Of a stretch of DNA of 64,000 nt, positions 56,601 to 64,000 are shown piece by piece. The notes below the pieces were generated by a model. The model did not search any database. It was given only the letters and a program-made list of their open reading frames with translations, and was not told the DNA's origin. The DNA lies in assembly GCA_965216495.1 (NCBI GenBank), contig OZ244163.1, positions 1,194,109 through 1,258,108 on the forward strand, in the 5' to 3' direction. The position numbers and the translations under genes are program-made. Within the stretch, counting starts at the first letter, position 1, and each line of letters begins with the position of its first letter. This DNA is from Acidimicrobiia bacterium (GTDB lineage Bacteria; Actinomycetota; Acidimicrobiia; Spongiisociales; ZC4RG35).

Positions 56601-57506
56601 TTGGATACACCGATAGCTTTTGACGACCGCGTCGCCATCATCACGGGAGCGGGTGGTGGCTTGGGCCGCACTTATGCACTCGAACTAGCCCGTCGTGGTG
56701 CGCGTGTCGTCGTGAACGACCTCGGGGGAGCTGTGGACGGCACAGGGGCCTCCCAATCGGCTGCCGATCTGGTCGTTCAAGAAATCGAGGCTGCGGGCGG
56801 TGAGGCCGTCGCCAACTACGACTCTGTGTCGAGCGAGGAAGGCGGAGCCGCCATTGTGGCGTCGGCCCTCGACGCGTTCGGGACGGTGGACATTGTGGTC
56901 AACAACGCAGGCATCCTTCGCGACAAGTCGTTTTCCAAGATGGAGATAGCTGAGGTGAACGCTGTCATCGATGTTCATCTGAGGGGGGCTTTTCACGTGT
57001 CCTCTCCGGCGTTCAAGGTGATGCGGGAAAAGGGTTACGGCCGATTTGTCTTCACTTCTTCGGCTTCAGGTCTGTTCGGGAACTTCGGTCAGGCAAACTA
57101 CGGAGCTGCCAAAGCTGGGCTCGTCGGCCTCTCCAACGTCCTTGCTATCGAGGGCGCCAAATACAACGTCAAGTCGAACGCCATCGCACCTATCGCCAAG
57201 ACGAGGATGACCGAGGATCTGCTCGGCCCGTTTGCTGACATGGTTTCGCCGGAGCAGGTCACACCAATGGTGGTCTACCTGTGCTCGGAAGAAAACGAAT
57301 ACACCCATGAGATCTTCACAGTCGGAGGTGGTCGCTATGCACGGGTGTTCATCGGGACCAACAAGGGGTGGCACTCTGGTGGCGAGGCTGCGTCGGTCGA
57401 GGACATTTCGAACAATATCGACGCAATTCGCGATGTCAGCGATTACGTGATTCCGCTCAACAACAACGACGAGATCATGTTGTTGGCTCAAATGCTGGCC
57501 GGCTGA
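56601..57506 (+). CDS. SDR, MFE-2-type (3R)-hydroxyacyl-CoA dehydrogenase-like
   Basis: GGAGGG RBS. VAIITGAGGGLGRTYALELARRGARVVVNDLGG...DG, NNAGILRD and the YGAAKAGLVGL active site are present. Confidence 0.75.
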   Translation: MDTPIAFDDRVAIITGAGGGLGRTYALELARRGARVVVNDLGGAVDGTGASQSAADLVVQEIEAAGGEAVANYDSVSSEEGGAAIVASALDAFGTVDIVVNNAGILRDKSFSKMEIAEVNAVIDVHLRGAFHVSSPAFKVMREKGYGRFVFTSSASGLFGNFGQANYGAAKAGLVGLSNVLAIEGAKYNVKSNAIAPIAKTRMTEDLLGPFADMVSPEQVTPMVVYLCSEENEYTHEIFTVGGGRYARVFIGTNKGWHSGGEAASVEDISNNIDAIRDVSDYVIPLNNNDEIMLLAQMLAG

Positions 57507-57515
57507 CCGGGTCGC

Positions 57516-58313
57516 TCAGGCGCGAATTTCGACCAATGTGCCAATCGGCACACGATGGTGCAGGTCGGTGATGATGTCGTTGGCGAGTCTCACACAGCCC
57601 AGGGAGATGTTGCCTCCAACGGAACTCGGGTTGTTGGTGCCGTGGATCCCAATGATGCCGTCGCCACCGTTGAACTCTGTGATGACATCCGATCGGGCTG
57701 ATATCCCGAAGGCGTGAGGCCCCCAGGCGCTGTTGGGGTCGGCGAGAGTGACATTGTCTGTCACAAAGAACGAGCCCGTCGGAGTGGGGTTGTAGACGCT
57801 GCCAATCCCGGCTGCGGCGGTAATCACTTCGACGTCGCCCACGCTGTAGGTCAGGGTCCGCTCGGACAAATCGACGATGATCTTGCCGTTCGAGGCGAAG
57901 AGGTCGACCGATTCGGCAGATATCCAGCCGGTTGCCCCGTTGGGCCGTCCCGGCAACATGACATGGATCCAGCCGTCGGCGGGTCCGTCCACGACAGCGA
58001 GGACTGTCGGGGTGCCCAGAATCGTTTCTGCCGGAATGGACCGGGTTGGCTCCAACGTATTGGGCGACGAATAGGCGGTTAGTTCAACGGAGGTGATCGC
58101 CACCAGCTGGGTGTCATCGGTTTGAGTCGCTTCGAAGCCAGGCCAAATGTTTACGGGAGGCGGATCCTCGACGACGCCGGGAGTGGTGTCGACGGTGGTG
58201 GCGACCACTGCTGACTCAATAGTGGCTTGCTGTGGTTGGTCGGCTTGGGTCGCCCCAGAACTGCACGCTGCCGTTAACAGCGCAGTCACGAAAAGAAGTA
58301 TACGACCACCCAT
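57516..58313 (-). CDS. L,D-transpeptidase (YkuD domain) lipoprotein
   Basis: Lipobox LLTAAC. Catalytic motif IGIHGTNNPSSVGGNISLGCVRL is present. Confidence 0.85.
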   Translation of the reverse strand: MGGRILLFVTALLTAACSSGATQADQPQQATIESAVVATTVDTTPGVVEDPPPVNIWPGFEATQTDDTQLVAITSVELTAYSSPNTLEPTRSIPAETILGTPTVLAVVDGPADGWIHVMLPGRPNGATGWISAESVDLFASNGKIIVDLSERTLTYSVGDVEVITAAAGIGSVYNPTPTGSFFVTDNVTLADPNSAWGPHAFGISARSDVITEFNGGDGIIGIHGTNNPSSVGGNISLGCVRLANDIITDLHHRVPIGTLVEIRA

Positions 58314-58361
58314 CGTGGTCAGGTTATCGGCATTCTCGCCGCTCCGTTTAGCCTCCGCAGG

Positions 58362-59306
58362 GTGGATTCGATCTTTGTGACCCGCAGGCTTCCTGGCGAC
58401 ATCCTTGGTCCCCTCGAGGCGTTCGAGACCACGGTGTGGCCTAACGAAACAGCAGTGCCGCGCTCACAGCTGCTGACTTCCGTGTCGGGAGTTCAGGGAC
58501 TTCTCTGCATGTTTACTGATGCTGTGAACCACGAACTGCTCGAGTCCGCCCCTGAGCTGCGGGTCGTGTCGCAGATGGCGGTTGGTGTCGACAACATCGA
58601 TCTCGAAGAGTGTCACCGCCGTGGAATACGTGTGGGCCACACCCCGGACGTTCTCACTGAAACCACAGCCGACACTGCCTTCGCTCTGCTTGGCGCCGTT
58701 GTACGGAGGCTGCCTGAAGGTGAGAAAGAGGTCAGGGAGGGTTGGCAGCCGTGGACTCCTTTTCATCTGACCGGTGGCGACTTGTACGGGTCGACCTTGG
58801 GTGTCATCGGAATGGGTCGTATCGGGAAGGCCGTGGCACGTCGTGCGACTGGTTTTGACATGAAGGTCGTCTACACGTCGAGGTCGCTAACAGCCCCTCA
58901 TCTCGAGCGGGTCGATCTCGATGAGCTGCTCGTACGGTCGGACTTCGTTGTGATCACGGTTCCGTTGAAGGAGGACACCCGTCATCTCCTGGGGCGGAGC
59001 GAGCTGGCGCTGATGAAGCCCGACGCCTATCTCGTCAACATCTCGCGTGGTGAAGTCATCGACACCGAGGCATTGGTGGGCTGCCTGAGGTCGGGGCACC
59101 TGGCCGGTGTTGGTCTAGATGTGACCGACCCCGAACCGCTCCCACCTGATCATCAGCTGCTTGCCTTTCCCAACTGTCTAGTGGTTCCCCACATCGGAAG
59201 CGCGTCGGTGAGGACGCGCACGAGGATGGCTGAGGTGGCGGTTGAGAACTTATCGCGCGGACTGGTTGGTGATGCCATGCCAGCCGAGATTCTCGGATCT
59301 GGATAA
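58362..59306 (+). CDS. D-isomer-specific 2-hydroxyacid dehydrogenase (glyoxylate/hydroxypyruvate reductase-like)
   Basis: GVIGMGRIGKAVARR, NISRG and PHIGSAS are present. Confidence 0.8.
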   Translation: MDSIFVTRRLPGDILGPLEAFETTVWPNETAVPRSQLLTSVSGVQGLLCMFTDAVNHELLESAPELRVVSQMAVGVDNIDLEECHRRGIRVGHTPDVLTETTADTAFALLGAVVRRLPEGEKEVREGWQPWTPFHLTGGDLYGSTLGVIGMGRIGKAVARRATGFDMKVVYTSRSLTAPHLERVDLDELLVRSDFVVITVPLKEDTRHLLGRSELALMKPDAYLVNISRGEVIDTEALVGCLRSGHLAGVGLDVTDPEPLPPDHQLLAFPNCLVVPHIGSASVRTRTRMAEVAVENLSRGLVGDAMPAEILGSG

Positions 59307-59352
59307 CAAGCGGTCGCTGATTAGCCTTTCAACGAATTTCTTTGGAGTCCAT

Positions 59353-60888
59353 TTGTCATTTGAGCTGCCCGAAGCTCGTTCAATCGAGCGAAACCCTTCC
59401 GCCGAGCGGCTGCGCGCGCTCGCGGTTGAGAGGATGCCCAGGATCACCGAGACGGAGTTCGGTAACCTCAACTATCAGGCCGAAGTAACGGCGCGTTTGA
59501 AGAACTCCACCTTCTTTGTGGCCGACACCGAAATCCACCAGAACCGCATTTCGAGAGCCGAAGCGGACGAGTGGGCCGCTCGGCAGGATGAGTACATCGC
59601 CAACCAGGACATGATTCTGGTTGAGGGCTACATCGGTCCGGACGTTGACTTCAGAACAGGGTCGCGACTGTTCATTGAGGCCTCACAGCCGAACATCGCA
59701 GCGATGCAGCAGCACCTCTACTTCGACGCTGACGAGCACTGGAAGCCCGAGTTCACGGTGATCTACACCCCGGGTTTGGGAGCACCTGGCAAGCCAGACG
59801 ATCGCTTGATCATCGTTGATCTCGAGAACTGGGTCACGCGAGTCTTCGGCTCAGACTATTTCGGCGAGTCCAAGATGGGTGGACTCCGCATGTGGAACCG
59901 ACTGGTCTATGACCGGGGCGGTCTCGCTTGCCATGCCGGCCTGAAGACTTACCCGGCAGAGTCCACTCGGAGCGGTGAGGAGGAGTCGATGCTGATCATC
60001 GGCCTGTCGGGCACCGGCAAAACGACAACCACCTTCCGTCAGCAAGCCGGCTCGCTTCCGGTTCAAGATGACTTCGTGGCCCTCATGCCAGGCGGCGTGG
60101 TTAGGACCACAGAGGCAGGTTGTTTCGCCAAGACATACGGACTCGACCCTGAGGACGAGCCGACGATCTACGGCGGCACAGTGCGTCCTGACGCCTGGCT
60201 CGAGAACGTCGCTGTCGATGCTGACGGTCGGGTTGACTTCTTTGATGTCTCCCATACGGCCAACGGTCGCTGCACCTTTCCGCTGGCCAACATTCGACAT
60301 CGTGACCCCTCCGATGTTCCGGAGGCGAAGTACCTGCTGATCCTCAACCGTTCAGATCATGTGATCCCGGCGGTGGCTCGACTGAAAAGGTCCCAGGTCC
60401 CTGGGTTCTTCATGCTCGGAGAAACCAAGGGAACATCTGCCGGTGGTGCCGCTGAAGCAGGCAAGAGCCTTAGGGTGCCCGGAACCAATCCGTTCTTCTT
60501 CGATGACGATTCCCTCCAAGGAAACCGTCTGCTCGAGCTGCTGGACTCGATGCCGAATCTGGAGGTTTACGTGCTCAACACCGGTCGCATCGGCGGTGAG
60601 GGTGACGGGTCGAAGAAGGTGAAGATCAGTGATTCATCGGCGATTGTCCAAGCGATCGTCGAAGGCACGATCGAGTGGGAGGACGATCCCGACTTCGGGT
60701 ACCAGGTGGCCATCTCGGTCCCCGGTGTAGGTGACAGCGATTTGCTGCGTCCCTCTCGGCTCTACGAAACCCAGAACCGGACCTCGGAGTACGAGACCGT
60801 GGTGGCTCGCCTACAGCGCGAGCGGACCGAGTATCTGGAGGGGTTCGCTGCCCTCGATCCGGTTGTCAGCGGAGGACTCCGGGGCTAA
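59353..60888 (+). CDS. pckA: phosphoenolpyruvate carboxykinase (ATP)
   Basis: GGAG lies 5 nt before the TTG at 59353. Kinase-1a motif GLSGTGKTT, then DDFVAL and NTGRIGG are present. Confidence 0.85.
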   Translation: MSFELPEARSIERNPSAERLRALAVERMPRITETEFGNLNYQAEVTARLKNSTFFVADTEIHQNRISRAEADEWAARQDEYIANQDMILVEGYIGPDVDFRTGSRLFIEASQPNIAAMQQHLYFDADEHWKPEFTVIYTPGLGAPGKPDDRLIIVDLENWVTRVFGSDYFGESKMGGLRMWNRLVYDRGGLACHAGLKTYPAESTRSGEEESMLIIGLSGTGKTTTTFRQQAGSLPVQDDFVALMPGGVVRTTEAGCFAKTYGLDPEDEPTIYGGTVRPDAWLENVAVDADGRVDFFDVSHTANGRCTFPLANIRHRDPSDVPEAKYLLILNRSDHVIPAVARLKRSQVPGFFMLGETKGTSAGGAAEAGKSLRVPGTNPFFFDDDSLQGNRLLELLDSMPNLEVYVLNTGRIGGEGDGSKKVKISDSSAIVQAIVEGTIEWEDDPDFGYQVAISVPGVGDSDLLRPSRLYETQNRTSEYETVVARLQRERTEYLEGFAALDPVVSGGLRG

Positions 60889-61514
60889 TCGGAAGCGGGG
60901 ATAACCGCGAGCAGTGTGCCGTGATCCACACTGACTTCAACAGCGGGCTTGATGAAGAGATTCGACAGACCCCTCGTGCTGCCGTGATACAGGGTTTCGC
61001 CAGCTAGATCCCATCTCAGCCCAGTTGTGCGAACACCGATCGCATCGCCGCCCATAGGAATGAGAGTAAGAATCGAGCCGATGTCTCCGTGGAGGATTCG
61101 CTTGTCGGTAACGACATAGCCCCAGCCGCGATCATTGACCCAATCGATCTGGCCGATCCGACTCCACCGCTGTGACGTGAGCAGAGCTGCCGTTGTCAGC
61201 TCGTGATCGAGCCTTCCCCCAGAACCGCCGACTACTACCACTCGGTCGGGCGCATCCTGGGCTACCGAACTGAGTGCTAGTTCCAGGTCAGACTCCTCTT
61301 TATCTCGATCATGCTTCTCAACGAGGACATGGCGGGGGATCAGCTCGGCGCTGATCGAGTCGAGGTCGCCAATGAGGATGTCGACGTCGAAGTCGAGATC
61401 ACGGGCCACGTCGTACCCCGAATCAGCCGCAACCACCAGATCTGGCTCGGGCAACTCCTCGAGAATCGCCTGATTTTGCGGGCTGCCACCGGTGAAAATG
61501 AGAATCTGGCTCAT
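60885..61514 (-). CDS. thiamine diphosphokinase
   Basis: ILIFTGG...VVAADSG...LIGDLDS and the C-terminal thiamine-binding-like beta domain are present. Confidence 0.7.
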   Translation of the reverse strand: MSQILIFTGGSPQNQAILEELPEPDLVVAADSGYDVARDLDFDVDILIGDLDSISAELIPRHVLVEKHDRDKEESDLELALSSVAQDAPDRVVVVGGSGGRLDHELTTAALLTSQRWSRIGQIDWVNDRGWGYVVTDKRILHGDIGSILTLIPMGGDAIGVRTTGLRWDLAGETLYHGSTRGLSNLFIKPAVEVSVDHGTLLAVIPASD

Positions 61515-61524
61515 TGGGTAAATG

Positions 61525-61558
61525 ACAAAATCGTCTTACGCGCAGATCCGCGGGTAAG
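61525..61558 (-). terminator. candidate terminator after the ATP-grasp gene
   Basis: On the minus strand: CUUAC-CC-CGC GGAUCU GCG-GUAAG (5+3 bp with a 2-nt bulge), followed by ACGAUUUUGU. Confidence 0.4.
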
Positions 61559-61560
61559 AA

Positions 61561-62766
61561 TCAACCCTCAATGTGCACTTGAAGCTTGCTTTGCGCCTGT
61601 CGAAGGGCATGTTCGACCTCTTCCGGTGTCTCTGATCGGGCATAGACAAACCCTAGGTATCTGGCCGTGAAGGGAGCGGGTTCGATCCGGTCGCCTGCAA
61701 CCACGGTCCAATCCATGCCGGTGATATGTGGCAGCGCCCGAACCTCGTTTTCGCCGGTTACATGGCTGAAGATTCCAGTGCTTGGCGGTGGCACCATGAG
61801 GACCCCGGATGCCGACGGTGTTCGCCGGAGATGGGACAGGTCGGCACCAACTGCATTCCGGAGGATCAACGACTCCAGGGTCGTGCCGCTCAACCCGAAG
61901 TCGAGGCTTCTCGAACACAGTCCCCCGATCGAGCGAGCTGCGACCTCGATGATGTAGGCGCTGGTGCCGTCGACGCGGAGTTCGATGTGAACCGGTCCCT
62001 GTCGAAGACCAAGTGCGGTTACGGCTCGCTGGGCGGCCGTGTGAGCCTCGCTCAACGCCTCGCTGCTCAGGCGCGACGGCGTGACAAAGATGGTTTCGGG
62101 GAAGGCCGGCCCTTCTGGTGTGTCTGGTTTGTCGAATGTGGCTAGCGACCGAAGCTCCCCGCCGTCCAAGATTCCTTCGATGGCGATCTCTGTGCCGCTG
62201 ACATACGACTCGATCAGCAACGTCGCCTCAGGCTCGCCGATGATCGATCTCACGGTTTGAACCGCGCGCCGCAGTTCTCCCGATGTATTCGCCCTGATCA
62301 CTCCTTGTGAAGCCGAGCGGTCGAGCGGTTTGACCACCAGTGGAAAGCCAACATCGTCGGCCACCGTGTCCAAATCGTCTCCCGGTCCCAATGCCGCGAA
62401 GGAGGGCTGAATGATTTCGGCGGTGCGGAGGGCTGTGCGCAACAGCAGCTTGTTGCGCGTTGCCATCGCCGCTTCTGGTGGGTTCGCTGTAATTCCGAGC
62501 CTCGTGGACGCCTCGGCGGCGATCGTGACACCAGCGTCGTCTGCGGCCACAATGGCATCAATCCCGACTCGGTCACCCAGCTCCAAGATGGATTCGACTG
62601 CCGCTTCTTGGTCTCCGCAGTCGATGTGGAGATACCGGTCACCCATGTCGAATGGGGGCGGGTGTTCGGAAGCCACGATGAGATCAGCGTCGATCTTTTC
62701 AGCCGCAGACACGAAATCGGCGGCTCGGTAGGTTTGCGAAGGCAGGATGACCACAATCTGAGGCAT
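61561..62766 (-). CDS. stand-alone ATP-grasp ligase (L-amino-acid-ligase-like)
   Basis: The ATG at 62766 (MPQIVVIL) was chosen because the longer 63012 start would overlap the divergent nfu-like gene. FPLVVKPLDRSASQGV, LIESYVSGTEIAIEG and HIELRV...IIEVAARSIGG are present. Confidence 0.7.
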   Translation of the reverse strand: MPQIVVILPSQTYRAADFVSAAEKIDADLIVASEHPPPFDMGDRYLHIDCGDQEAAVESILELGDRVGIDAIVAADDAGVTIAAEASTRLGITANPPEAAMATRNKLLLRTALRTAEIIQPSFAALGPGDDLDTVADDVGFPLVVKPLDRSASQGVIRANTSGELRRAVQTVRSIIGEPEATLLIESYVSGTEIAIEGILDGGELRSLATFDKPDTPEGPAFPETIFVTPSRLSSEALSEAHTAAQRAVTALGLRQGPVHIELRVDGTSAYIIEVAARSIGGLCSRSLDFGLSGTTLESLILRNAVGADLSHLRRTPSASGVLMVPPPSTGIFSHVTGENEVRALPHITGMDWTVVAGDRIEPAPFTARYLGFVYARSETPEEVEHALRQAQSKLQVHIEG

Positions 62767-62800
62767 GGGTTTCTCGACGTGAGGGCTACCATCCTGGCAC

Positions 62801-63415
62801 ATGCCCGAAGGCACCATTCTCTCCATAGCTCCTGACGCGCTCGACATGATCCGCCAGCTCCGTGACAACGAGCCGGGCGAGGACGAATTCGCCCTTTCTA
62901 TCGAGGTCACCGGGTTCCGCGGTCCCCAGTTCCAGTACGAGCTGGCATTCGTACCGTTGGCCGATAAGAAGGACGGCTGGGTTGAAGAAAGACACGATGA
63001 CTTGGCTGTCATCTACCCGAAGGCTGATACGGGCAAACTCGACGGTGCTTCTCTGGAGTTGACCGAAGAGGGTCTGGCTATGAACAACCCCAACTCACCA
63101 GCCCCGCCAACGATGAGCGCACCCGCCGGAGACCTTTCGGGTCCGTTAGTCGACCGGGTTCAGTCAGTTCTGACAGAACAGGTCAACCCGGCCATCGCAT
63201 CGCACGGCGGTGGCGCCGAGTTGGTGTCGATCGACGGGACCATCGCCTACCTCAGACTGTTTGGCGGTTGCCAGGGTTGTGGTCTGGCGCAGGTCACGTT
63301 GAAGCAGGGCATCGAGCGCATCTTGCTTGAGTCCATTCCCGAGTTGACCCAAGTGGTCGACGTCACCGACCACGCGTCGGGCACCGACCCCTACTACCAG
63401 AGCCAAAAGAAGTAG
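62801..63415 (+). CDS. NfuA-like Fe-S biogenesis protein (degenerate A-type N-domain plus Nfu C-domain)
   Basis: The C-terminal domain reads VNPAIASHGGGAELVSIDG..AYLRLFGGCQGCG. The N-terminal HesB-like fold has no Cys triad. Confidence 0.75.
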   Translation: MPEGTILSIAPDALDMIRQLRDNEPGEDEFALSIEVTGFRGPQFQYELAFVPLADKKDGWVEERHDDLAVIYPKADTGKLDGASLELTEEGLAMNNPNSPAPPTMSAPAGDLSGPLVDRVQSVLTEQVNPAIASHGGGAELVSIDGTIAYLRLFGGCQGCGLAQVTLKQGIERILLESIPELTQVVDVTDHASGTDPYYQSQKK

Positions 63416-63424
63416 CTCGCTCCG

Positions 63425-63988
63425 GTGGGTTTCACCCGTGAGCAATTGGAGGCGTTCCGCGACACCACCGTTGCTGACCTGATTGGCGAAGGCTGCAAGT
63501 TGCTGTTCGTCGGTATCAACCCCGGCTTGTGGACCGCCGCGACCCAGACACACTTCTGCCATCCGTCGAATCGGTTCTATCCGGCCCTTTCGAGTGCCGG
63601 TTTGATCGACTGGCACATCGAAACGGCGACTGGCATGACTGACGATCAGCGTGCCGATTTCACCGCCCGCGGTATGGGAATCACCAACCTCGTGGCCAGA
63701 GCCACGGCGCGGGCTTCGGAACTGGACGCGGAGGAGCTTCGAGGAGGAGGGGAGAGGTTGCAGGCTCTGGTTTCGGCTCTGGCTCCCAATGTGGTGGCCG
63801 TGGCAGGGGTGACCGCGTACCGGCAGGCATTCCAGCAACCGAAGGCATCGTTAGGCCTACAACCAGCGCAGCTGGCGGACGCGGCCCTGTGGGTGGTTCC
63901 CAATCCGAGTGGTCTCAATGCGCACGAGACGGTCGACTCACTCGCAGCTTGGTACGAGAAGGTGGCAAGAGAGGCAGGGGTTCTATGA
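63425..63988 (+). CDS. mug: G/U mismatch-specific DNA glycosylase (Mug/TDG family)
   Basis: LLFVGINPGLWTA...HFCHPSNRFY and VPNPSGLNA are present. Confidence 0.8.
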   Translation: MGFTREQLEAFRDTTVADLIGEGCKLLFVGINPGLWTAATQTHFCHPSNRFYPALSSAGLIDWHIETATGMTDDQRADFTARGMGITNLVARATARASELDAEELRGGGERLQALVSALAPNVVAVAGVTAYRQAFQQPKASLGLQPAQLADAALWVVPNPSGLNAHETVDSLAAWYEKVAREAGVL

Positions 63989-64000
63989 GCGAAACCACGC

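Noticed and set aside
61678-61688. GGGTTCGATCC, a tRNA T-loop-like string
   Set aside because: The flanks do not form a T-stem (AGCGG vs CCGGT mispairs). No acceptor, D or anticodon arms can be drawn, and it lies inside the ATP-grasp coding region.
63986-64000. ATG overlapping the mug stop (ATGA) that may start the next gene
   Set aside because: Only 15 nt remain before the window ends, so it cannot be supported as a feature.
1-64000. Genomic island, prophage or mobile element
   Set aside because: I recognised no integrase, transposase, recombinase, tRNA attachment site, long flanking direct repeats or obvious compositional break. The only visibly AT-richer patches are short intergenic promoter/terminator regions (about 37780-37823 and 46197-46324).

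Overview
GC-rich, very gene-dense bacterial chromosomal segment with actinobacterial hallmarks: many GTG/TTG starts, 1-4 nt stop/start overlaps, very short divergent spacers, lipobox lipoproteins with Thr/Pro-rich linkers, and classical menaquinone genes. An Acidimicrobiia-like lineage is only a guess. I support about 57 protein-coding genes, three well-formed intrinsic terminator hairpins plus one weaker candidate, and three non-coding or intragenic repeat families. I saw no rRNA, tRNA, CRISPR array, transposase, integrase or phage genes. Content is mostly housekeeping: aspC-like aminotransferase, gpsA, ychF, gcvP, menF/menD/menC, murI, pckA, mug, a peptide-type ABC importer with two binding proteins, and a fatty-acid/branched-acyl-CoA oxidation cluster. 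An osmoadaptation theme also runs through the window (MscS, CPA2-USP antiporter, mannosylglycerate-synthase-like GT, GDP-mannose enzyme, GbsR-like regulator, LEA-like repeat protein). Most notable items: (1) a four-gene herA - mre11/sbcD - rad50/sbcC - nurA-like block in the archaeal end-resection gene order, whose HerA-like ATPase has a non-canonical Walker A; (2) a GT78-type mannosylglycerate synthase homologue, rare in bacteria; (3) two copies of a 35-nt imperfect hairpin 70 bp apart, one of which covers the likely TTG start of a secreted SNase-lamin-tail-domain nuclease lipoprotein; (4) three head-to-tail 35-bp repeats, each carrying a GAACCTNAGGTTC palindrome, upstream of a GbsR/MarR-like regulator plus ABC-2 exporter; (5) a 190-aa protein built almost entirely of two charged repeat families; (6) two enzyme-family members (ADP-ribosylglycohydrolase, Zn-ADH/MDR) whose canonical metal ligands appear substituted. 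All family assignments come from motif recognition by eye and no database search was run.
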